Below, in pieces: positions 57,901 to 64,000 of a DNA stretch of 64,000 nt. Made by a program: the position numbers and the translations under genes. Position 1 is the stretch's first letter. The number at the start of each line of letters is the position of its first letter. The DNA comes from an uncultured Clostridia bacterium. GTDB taxonomy: Bacteria; Bacillota; Clostridia; Christensenellales; UBA1242. The notes beneath the pieces are model-generated. The model was not told the origin of the DNA. It saw only the letters and a list, made by a program, of their open reading frames with translations, and made no database searches. The DNA is taken from assembly GCA_930990515.1 (NCBI GenBank), contig CAKNPS010000001.1:103280-167279 (forward strand). Reading direction: 5' to 3'.

Positions 57901-58422
57901 ACCAGTTTGCAAGTGATGTCTATGATATGTATCAGTTATGTTCGCATTACAACCAGAACAATAAATATGGTCAAAAGCAAAACCTCTTATACCACCATAA
58001 GCACCATTATTATTTAAACCTGAAAATCGAACAGTAGGATACCAGTTATTCCATAAAGTCTCACTATGACTTAAAGTAGTAGTTGCACTATTTATACTAA
58101 TAGTTTCTGAAACTTGAGTTCCACTCTTCCCTTCTATCCAAGCACTTGCAGTCCCAGTATAAGCAGAATCATATTTATTTGTAGTATAATCTCCAGTAAC
58201 TAATTGTCTATAAACACGTAAAGTTATAGTTACTGTATTTTGAATTTGTATATCGTCACTATCGTCTAATATAGGGTCATTATTTTGTGAATCATCAGAG
58301 CCGTTTGAATTATCTTCATTTTGTGAATTGTCTATTCCCTCCCCCGCATCTTCTGAATAGGAAGAATTGTCAGTGCAAGCGGATAAAATCAGTCCGCCAC
58401 CGATGACGGTAAAAGCAAACAA
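55000..58422 (-). CDS. large repeat-containing cell-surface lipoprotein (Listeria-Bacteroides/InlB-B-type repeats); 5' end displaced by an A7 frameshift
   Basis: The open frame contains ...GGGLILSAC (lipobox), an Asp/Asn/Ser-rich linker, two ~120-aa tandem domains (Y[RN][VI]DINILNP.G.QD..SGTMN...I.PTTGYY), and three G(Y)xFxGW...LYAxW repeats (TGYTFNGWYT, TGYNFLGWST, AGYDFGGYYT). The natural ATG (58459) is 1 nt out of frame. Confidence 0.8.
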   Translation of the reverse strand: MFAFTVIGGGLILSACTDNSSYSEDAGEGIDNSQNEDNSNGSDDSQNNDPILDDSDDIQIQNTVTITLRVYRQLVTGDYTTNKYDSAYTGTASAWIEGKSGTQVSETISINSATTTLSHSETLWNNWYPTVRFSGLNNNGAYGGIRGFAFDHIYCSGCNANITDTYHRHHLQTGIFGNGSITFDVYLSLKRYRVDINILNPNGEQDFNSGTMNYSTHWGNQNYTNVNNEQGEVYLVAGSSLMIWNITPTTGYYFKYITYTVYISALISRTSNNGSFIFSLSWPGSNIQDYGTPTGGMDIIITIQMEYLYNIDINILNPSGVQDYLSGTMNTWNQYSGSSYSNITDQQDPYCGKDQEIRISNIIPTTGYYVESVTCSRGTIVESDGTYTYTASFTGHDPGDWDDIIVIQMSNTYYINFDSDNYVRYPYSVQFNSVTGASTSTIEGNSQNVVISLTSNSTSDQSGPYLEGVPLTVGEEYKWSIELRASRTINIDYFGHEMSERTTETITSSWQTFTNTFTAINYDFFAFTFYSSEWQSGDYLYIRNCAVQKVSDISFEEPLAPITVEYGEAYGTLPTPVRTGYTFNGWYTNSSFTGSPVTSSTVFTQTANHTLYARWTAKTYNNIYHYRNSSGVTSSDTQIRTYNQSFTTRSASYLPYYNSNGWSLYGWAFSNSTIERRYAGNTTISDTTYTQSTSTLSWYAISWRSVYLYFNFNGGSGTNVTLSSAQYWNQCGNIRNSISFTISNSIPTRTGYNFLGWSTSNIATSPSYYPGENYMFNQTYSASQSVTLYAVWQPITYEITLEHENGESASTIFIKYDTGFYSDSATTNQIYTIESVVGLREKAGYDFGGYYTLQNGLGNQIIDETGNIVGNNNFTTSDATIYAKWEATNPAHFDEEKGYWYVEMGMFPQDRVTDSGIISELDNLRNSESAITQTYQMGGNALNSYTFNGEEYAYLSSNNTYYKVLSVRYVLAGEYEEEFGTESANVTAVTEKIVFTSVFDSVGLSLGEGFVESDLYTNSNSLISSTTIDTELLATRNFTVDKYMNINNGILDSETDEILTANYIVSNVEEIAEVFGECEAEYSDLVSDMLRGKMYWTRGLGSNIKVGESITRFGSVTQTDMDMMLGFRVTIALANFACVL

Positions 58423-58449
58423 AATAACATATAATGTAAAAATTATGTA

Positions 58450-58456
58450 TTTTTTT
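58450..58456 (-). repeat. homopolymeric A7 tract directly after the ATG of the lipoprotein gene (candidate slipped-strand phase switch)
   Basis: The minus strand reads ATG-AAAAAAA-TAC. With A7 the ATG frame stops after 29 codons. With A6 (or A9) it reads MKKYIIFTLYVILFAFTVIGGGLILSAC into the 1140-aa frame. Confidence 0.8.
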
Positions 58457-58465
58457 CATATTCAC

Positions 58466-58494
58466 ATTATAAAATATATTTTAATTTTTTACAA
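58466..58494 (-). promoter_or_regulatory. sigma-A-type promoter of the lipoprotein gene; leaderless geometry
   Basis: On the minus strand: TTGTAA (58494-58489), 17 nt spacer, TATAAT (58471-58466), 6 nt (GTGAAT), then ATG 58459. There is no SD. Confidence 0.5.
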
Positions 58495-58586
58495 ATAAAA
58501 TAATTTATTTTATTAAATTTTTTAATAATTTTCATTTTAATTATGTTATACAAGAAAATTTGCAATTTTTTTAAGCCACATAAAAC

Positions 58587-58611
58587 AAAAAAAGATAGAA
58601 TTTCTATCTCT
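58587..58611 (-). terminator. rho-independent terminator after efp
   Basis: On the minus strand: AGATAGAA-a-TTCTATCT followed by TTTTTTGTTTT. Confidence 0.65.
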
Positions 58612-58629
58612 TTTACTCTAATTTTTTTA

Positions 58630-59190
58630 TTATTTAACTTTTTCCATATATGATCCGTCACGAGTATCCACTCTTATTATATCACCAATGTTAACAAAAA
58701 GTGGAACATTGATTGTGTAACCAGTGATAAGTTTTGCTGGTTTCTTTGAAGCCTTTGATGTGTCGCCTTGAATTCCTGGCTCAGTGTCCACAACTTCAAG
58801 TTCAACAAATGTTGGTGGATAAACTGCAAAAGGCACACCCTTATACATATACATAGTTGTGTTCATATTTTCTGTAACAAAATTTAAAACATCAGCAACC
58901 ACGTCTTTATTTAAAGGCATTTGCTCATAAGTTTCATTATCCATAAAATAATAAAGTTCGCCATCGTTGTAAAGATAAAGCATATCTTTCTTTTCAATAA
59001 CCGCTTCTTGAAATTTGTCAGATGGATTGAAAGTGTCCTCTCTAACTTGTCCTGTCATAACATTTTTAATTTTTGCTCTAACAAATGGAGAGCCTTTACC
59101 AGGTTTTACGTGTAAGAAGTCAACAACGTTGTAAACTGCTCCGTCCATTTCAAAAGTAGTTCCTTTTCTAAAATCTCCTGCTGTAACCAT
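58630..59190 (-). CDS. efp: elongation factor P
   Basis: [16 protein letters not shown] loop and three OB-like domains; 186 aa. Confidence 0.96.
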   Translation of the reverse strand: MVTAGDFRKGTTFEMDGAVYNVVDFLHVKPGKGSPFVRAKIKNVMTGQVREDTFNPSDKFQEAVIEKKDMLYLYNDGELYYFMDNETYEQMPLNKDVVADVLNFVTENMNTTMYMYKGVPFAVYPPTFVELEVVDTEPGIQGDTSKASKKPAKLITGYTINVPLFVNIGDIIRVDTRDGSYMEKVK

Positions 59191-59309
59191 AAAAATCTCC
59201 TTAATTTTTTAATTTAATATAGTATTCAAATTTAAGAAAGGTAAAAACAATTCTTAAATTCAAAAACTAAAAAGCCAAATTGACTTTTAACTCAATTAGT
59301 ATAACATAC

Positions 59310-60173
59310 TTAACTGCGATTTGCAAGTGTTTTCAAATAAATATCTTTCATTGTTTTGCTATCTTCTGCCATTGTTCCTGAAGATTCACAAATAATATGG
59401 CAAGAAAGGTCATAATCAATAAGAACATTCACCAAATCTTCAAAATATGGTCCATAAATTGTGTCATCAAAAGTCAAGTGCCTTATTTCGCCTTTTGCAC
59501 CATATTGAATTTTTGAAAAATGAATATGTGCATTTTTAGTTCTTTCTTCGCCAAGTTTTTCAAAAGAATAATCAAAAATTCTTTTATAGTCATCTGCACT
59601 TTTAAGAGAACCTTGTGTTAATGCATTTATATGCCCAAAATCAAAAGTTGGAATAAGTTTTTTAGAAATTGTGCAAAGGTCAATAATCTCTTTATATGTT
59701 CCAATTTGCATAACCTTTCCCATAGTTTCAGGACAGAGATATTTATCTCCCAATTCTTCTTCAAAGGTTGGCATAATTTCTTTAAGCCTATTCGTCATCA
59801 AAGAAACTGCTTCTTCTCGCGTTTGTTTTCCACAAGAAGCAGGGTGAAAAACCATTCTATCTGCTTGCAAACTTTTCATAAATTTTATGCCGGTGTTTAT
59901 GTAACCTATGCTTTTGGTAAACATTTCTTCGTCAGGGTTAGCGAAATTTATAAAATAAGGTGCGTGGAGCGAAAGAACAATTCCTTCTTTTTTAAATTCT
60001 TCCCCAAGTTTTAAAGCGGTTTCAGTTGTCATACGATAACCTTGTCCAAAACTATATTCAAAAATGTCAAGTCCCCTTTCTTTGACCCATTTTGGTGTGT
60101 CAAAAGAAGATTTAAAACCTTCTTCATAAAAAGAAAGACTATTTCCTGCAGGTCCAAACAAAACTTTCCCCAT
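59310..60173 (-). CDS. TIM-barrel protein of the xylose-isomerase-like / AP endonuclease family 2 (endonuclease IV-like)
   Basis: 287 aa with His-rich metal-ligand pattern (LHAPYFINF, VFHPAS, FDFGHI, HIHFS...ICES). Confidence 0.6.
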   Translation of the reverse strand: MGKVLFGPAGNSLSFYEEGFKSSFDTPKWVKERGLDIFEYSFGQGYRMTTETALKLGEEFKKEGIVLSLHAPYFINFANPDEEMFTKSIGYINTGIKFMKSLQADRMVFHPASCGKQTREEAVSLMTNRLKEIMPTFEEELGDKYLCPETMGKVMQIGTYKEIIDLCTISKKLIPTFDFGHINALTQGSLKSADDYKRIFDYSFEKLGEERTKNAHIHFSKIQYGAKGEIRHLTFDDTIYGPYFEDLVNVLIDYDLSCHIICESSGTMAEDSKTMKDIYLKTLANRS

Positions 60174-60185
60174 AAATTTCCCCTT

Positions 60186-61055
60186 TTAAAAATCGGCTAA
60201 TCTTATTTTCATTTTTAAGTTTTTTTCTCTAACTTCTCCAACTCCTAAAAATTGATTATTAAAGTAAATCTTGTAAAAAGCATCTTTAAAATCAATAATT
60301 AATTGTTGACCATTTTTTAACTTAAAAAAGTCATTTTCGCTTAAGTTTATAATATCATAATCAAATAAATTTTGGCAAGGAATAATCTCAAAATTTCCTT
60401 TTTCAATATCTTCTAATAAATAAGCATCTTTTATGCAGAATACACCACATCTTGTGCGTAGTATGCATTGCATACTACCATAAGTGCCAAGTTTATATGC
60501 CAAATCACGACAAACACTTCTTATGTAAGTTCCACTTGAACAAGTGATTTCAAAGCGGAAAGTTCTGTTATTAATCTTCTTCAAAATCTTGAACTCATAA
60601 ATTTCCACTTCTTTTGGCGATAAATTGATTGTTTCTCCAACTCGTGCAAGTTTATACCCCACCTGTCCATTGACTTTTTTTGCACTATATTGTGGTGGCA
60701 TTTGCATATACTTTCCAATCATTGAATTAACTGCCATTTTTAACTCATTATCACTAAAATTCACTTCACATTCTTTAACAATTTTTCCTGATGTGTCCAA
60801 AGTGTCCGTTTCAAAACCAAAAACAAATTCTGTTTCATAAGTTTTATCTTTTTGAAGATAAAAATCAAACAATTTTGTGGCATTATTTATTGTGACTGGC
60901 AAAAGTCCTTCTCCTTCCAAGTCAAGAGTCCCTAGATGCCCGCATTTTTTTGCACCTAACTTAAATTTAACAATGTTTACCACTTTGTTAGAAGAAATAC
61001 CTTTCGGCTTATTTACTAAAACAATTCCGCTATCTTTAAATCTATATTCTTTCAC
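60186..61055 (-). CDS. truB: tRNA pseudouridine(55) synthase
   Basis: VNKPKGISSNKVV and catalytic GHLGTLDLEGEGLLP. Confidence 0.94.
   Translation of the reverse strand: MKEYRFKDSGIVLVNKPKGISSNKVVNIVKFKLGAKKCGHLGTLDLEGEGLLPVTINNATKLFDFYLQKDKTYETEFVFGFETDTLDTSGKIVKECEVNFSDNELKMAVNSMIGKYMQMPPQYSAKKVNGQVGYKLARVGETINLSPKEVEIYEFKILKKINNRTFRFEITCSSGTYIRSVCRDLAYKLGTYGSMQCILRTRCGVFCIKDAYLLEDIEKGNFEIIPCQNLFDYDIINLSENDFFKLKNGQQLIIDFKDAFYKIYFNNQFLGVGEVREKNLKMKIRLADF
60458..60478. repeat. palindromic repeat family, copy H (inside truB)
   Basis: A perfect 21-bp palindrome GTAGTATGCA-T-TGCATACTAC that encodes GSMQCIL in the conserved TruB core. Confidence 0.75.
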
Positions 61056-61121
61056 AGAGAGTCGTTGACTCCTTTTATTTTTATTTAATATTGTTAAGAT
61101 TATATAAAATTAAATCAAAAT

Positions 61122-62141
61122 TTAAAATTCTTCACAAATTTTCTTTAATTTATGTTTTATGGCATTTTTATTTCCATACAAATTAAAGCCTGCAGCCATT
61201 TGATGTCCGCCACCACCGTGGTGCTGAGCAACTTTTGAGACAATAAAACCATTCTTTGAGCGACAACTTACTTTATATTTGTTTTTGTCAATCTCATAAG
61301 CCACCATAATAACATTAAAATCTTTAATGTTATTTAAGCTGTTTACATAGAATTTCACATCATCAACAGTTGCTTTTAGTTTTTTCATAACCTTGGTCGT
61401 CACAACAATATAACAAATATTTTTTCCTTCAACATGGTAGTTATCCAAAAGATATTTTTGTAGTTCAATTTTTTCTCTTGTTATTGAACGATAAACAACA
61501 TCATAAATCTTTTGAATGTCAATACCATATTCCATAAGCTTAACAATACATTTAAAAGTGTCTAAATCAGTGTTAGTATTTAAAAATCTTTCAGTATCTC
61601 CCACAATACCAGCAAAAATGTATGAAGCTGTTTCATAATTGAGTTTAAATTTATATGTGAATATTAAATTTGCGACAATCATACTTGCAGCACAAACATC
61701 GCTTTTTATATAAAATTTGCAACCACTTTCAATTATGCTATGTTCGTGGTGGTCAATGGCAAGAATATTTTTGTGTGCTTGCACCTTTTCTCTAAATTTA
61801 ATATCAATTCTTGAAAATTCATTGCAATCAACCATTAAAACAAGGTCGAATTTAGAAGGTTCAAAATCTTTTTCAACCACACTCTTGTCAAAAATTTGAT
61901 TTAAAAATGATGTTTCTGGATTATTTGCAAAAAGATGAGCTTCAGTTCCTAATTTTTCACATAAATATTTTGCACCAAACATAGAGCCATAACAATCTAA
62001 ATCAGGGTTGACATGACCAAAAATTGCCACATTTTTTGCTGAAGAAATAATGTTTTTAACTTCTTCTTCATCAACATATTGTGAATTTTTCGCGTTTAGT
62101 TCTTCTTCTCGGCTTTTCTCAATAATCTTATTCTTCATCAT
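61122..62141 (-). CDS. nrnA: DHH-family phosphoesterase (NrnA-type oligoribonuclease/pAp phosphatase)
   Basis: DHH motifs (GHVNPDLDCYGS, AIDHHEH) and DHHA1 motif GGGGHQMAAG. Confidence 0.88.
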   Translation of the reverse strand: MMKNKIIEKSREEELNAKNSQYVDEEEVKNIISSAKNVAIFGHVNPDLDCYGSMFGAKYLCEKLGTEAHLFANNPETSFLNQIFDKSVVEKDFEPSKFDLVLMVDCNEFSRIDIKFREKVQAHKNILAIDHHEHSIIESGCKFYIKSDVCAASMIVANLIFTYKFKLNYETASYIFAGIVGDTERFLNTNTDLDTFKCIVKLMEYGIDIQKIYDVVYRSITREKIELQKYLLDNYHVEGKNICYIVVTTKVMKKLKATVDDVKFYVNSLNNIKDFNVIMVAYEIDKNKYKVSCRSKNGFIVSKVAQHHGGGGHQMAAGFNLYGNKNAIKHKLKKICEEF

Positions 62142-62493
62142 CGCTTTCTTCCTTTGGTATATCCAAATTTCTCAAGATTTCTTCGACTTGAATGATGCTT
62201 GCAGTTCCCTTATCAACTTCAAACTTAAATTTAGGCATATATGGAAGGTCAATCATCTCTTTAAGTTCTCTTTTAATAAACCCTTCAGATTTTTGTAGAA
62301 CATTAACAACATTTTTGGCTTCTTTTAAGTCTAAAACGCTGACTTTAACTTTGCAAAATTGAAAGTCTGGGCTGACCTTAACTTCAGTTAAACTAATCAC
62401 TTGCCTGAGCCTTGGGTCGTTCATTTTGCGTTGTATAATTTCGATTAAGCATTTTTGAATTTCACTGCTTGCTCTTTCTTGTCTATTACTCAT
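62128..62493 (-). CDS. rbfA: ribosome-binding factor A
   Basis: RQERASSEIQKCLIEII....DPRL..ISLTEVKVSPD pattern; 121 aa; downstream of infB. Confidence 0.93.
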   Translation of the reverse strand: MSNRQERASSEIQKCLIEIIQRKMNDPRLRQVISLTEVKVSPDFQFCKVKVSVLDLKEAKNVVNVLQKSEGFIKRELKEMIDLPYMPKFKFEVDKGTASIIQVEEILRNLDIPKEESDDEE

Positions 62494-62529
62494 CTTATCC
62501 CCCTTTTAAAATGAAAAAGAGATTGAAAA

Positions 62530-64000
62530 TTAATCTCTTTTTACCTCCTCTTTCACATAATATTCTACAATATCGCCTTCTTTTATGTCAAAGTTATCTT
62601 TAAATTTCACGCCACATTCAAATCCGCGAGCAACTTCTGCTTTTTCATCTTTAACAATTTTAAGAGATTCAACAGTTGTTTCACAAACAATTTCGCCGTT
62701 TCTCTTAATCTTAGCAATAGCGTTTCTTTGAATCTTTCCGTCAGTTACATAACTTCCAGCAATTCTCCCAGCAGTTGAAAGTTTGAAAACTTGCCTAATC
62801 TCTGCTGTTCCGATATATTTTTCTTCATATTTAATTGCCATCATTCCCTTGCTTAGACGAGTTATTTGGTCAACAACTTCGTAAATAATCTTACTTTCAA
62901 TGATTTGAACCTTCAAACTATCGGCCATTTGCTCAGTTTTTGATGGAATTTTTAAGTTAAATGCAATGATAACTGAACCTGTGGTTTGAGCAAGAATTAA
63001 ATCGCTTTCGCTGATTGCCCCTGCTCCACTATGAATTGTTACCACTTTAACTTCTTCATTTCTTATTGCTTCAAGAGAATTTTTAAGTGCTTCCACAGAA
63101 CCTTGAGTGTCTGCTTTGATAATTATGTTCAAACTCTTTAAATTGCCTTCGTGAATTCTGTTCATAAAGTCATCAGCACTCACACCAGATGTTTGTTTTG
63201 CACGTTCTTTCTTGATTTTATCAATTCTTTCGTGAATAACTTGCTTAGAAAGTGAATCTTCCACTGCATAAACTTGGTCACCAGCAGAAGGCACTTCATT
63301 GAAGCCCATAACAGCCACAGGAGTTGAAGGTGGAGCCTTTTTAACAGGCTTGCCATTTTCATCAAACATAGCCTTAACTTTACCATAGGTAATACCACTT
63401 ATGATACTGTCACCAATTTTCAAAGTTCCATTTTGAACAAGGACAGTAGCGACAGGTCCACGCGCTTTATCAAGTTCGGCTTCAATAACAACACCGGTTG
63501 CCATACGATTTGGATTTGCTTTCAAATCTTCCATTTCGGCAACAAGAAGAATCATTTTCTTGAGTTCATCAAGTCCCATTCCAGTCTTTGCAGAGATAGG
63601 AATACAAATTGCATCACCGCCCCATTCTTCTGGCAAAATTCCATATTCTGTGAGTTGTTGCTTAACTCTCTCTGGGTTTGCTTCTGGTTTATCCATTTTG
63701 TTTATTGCCACAATCATAGGAACTTTTGCTGCTTTAATATGATTAATTGCTTCCACAGTTTGAGGCATAATGCCATCATCAGCCGCAACAACAAGAATGG
63801 CAATATCAGTAACTTCTGCACCCCTTGCTCTCATTGCGGTAAACGCAGCATGCCCTGGGGTGTCAATAAAAGTGATTTTTTCATTGTTGAAAGTGATTTG
63901 ATAAGCGCCAATTTTTTGAGTGATGCCACCTGCTTCCCCACTAACCACATTTGTTCTTCTAAACGCGTCAAGAAGGGAAGTTTTACCATGGTCAACATGT
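62530..64000 (-). CDS. infB: translation initiation factor IF-2, N-terminus cut by the window edge
   Basis: The G domain continues to base 64000 ([28 protein letters not shown]...DTPGH...NKMD) and is followed by the beta-barrel and C-terminal domains. Confidence 0.96.
   Translation of the reverse strand, partial: HVDHGKTSLLDAFRRTNVVSGEAGGITQKIGAYQITFNNEKITFIDTPGHAAFTAMRARGAEVTDIAILVVAADDGIMPQTVEAINHIKAAKVPMIVAINKMDKPEANPERVKQQLTEYGILPEEWGGDAICIPISAKTGMGLDELKKMILLVAEMEDLKANPNRMATGVVIEAELDKARGPVATVLVQNGTLKIGDSIISGITYGKVKAMFDENGKPVKKAPPSTPVAVMGFNEVPSAGDQVYAVEDSLSKQVIHERIDKIKKERAKQTSGVSADDFMNRIHEGNLKSLNIIIKADTQGSVEALKNSLEAIRNEEVKVVTIHSGAGAISESDLILAQTTGSVIIAFNLKIPSKTEQMADSLKVQIIESKIIYEVVDQITRLSKGMMAIKYEEKYIGTAEIRQVFKLSTAGRIAGSYVTDGKIQRNAIAKIKRNGEIVCETTVESLKIVKDEKAEVARGFECGVKFKDNFDIKEGDIVEYYVKEEVKRD

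Overview
This is an AT-rich (roughly one-third G+C by eye), standard-genetic-code chromosomal segment of a low-GC Bacillota (Firmicutes)-type bacterium. It is almost entirely housekeeping. On the plus strand lie spoIVB, a xer-like recombinase, tig-clpP-clpX, comM-dprA-topA, hslU, tcdA, trxA and nifS-nifU. On the minus strand lie rny, tgt-queA-ruvBA, ruvC, yebC, infC-rpmI-rplT, polA, recN-argR, thiI plus a cysteine desulfurase, pheST with a Phe T-box, ruvX, efp, and truB-nrnA-rbfA-infB. Both window edges cut genes: lgt at the left and infB at the right.

Five items stand out:
1. A compact 7.4 kb single-operon phage-derived island (34.1-41.5 kb) lies two genes upstream of polA, next to an ABC transporter. 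It encodes a TerS-like protein, a Zn-ribbon protein, a portal, a scaffold, an HK97-type capsid protein, three further structural proteins and two holins. No large terminase, protease, tail fibre, endolysin, integrase or regulator is visible.
2. A family of at least 8 palindromic repeats is built on TATGCA-W-TGCATA. Copies sit in operon spacers and promoter regions. Two copies lie in frame inside conserved genes, and one copy is inside-out.
3. An A7 tract immediately after the ATG of a 1140-aa surface lipoprotein gene puts the start codon and signal peptide out of frame. This is a candidate phase-variation switch.
4. Several genes share the geometry -10 box, 6 nt, ATG, with no Shine-Dalgarno sequence, which suggests leaderless mRNAs.
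5. A GC-rich 89-nt perfect four-way-junction element lies downstream of polA.

Smaller items are a Rho-like protein with a degenerate P-loop, an hslU without hslV, and phased TGTCGAA (0A-box-like) heptamers. All functional calls come from reading motifs in the supplied translations. No database search was run.
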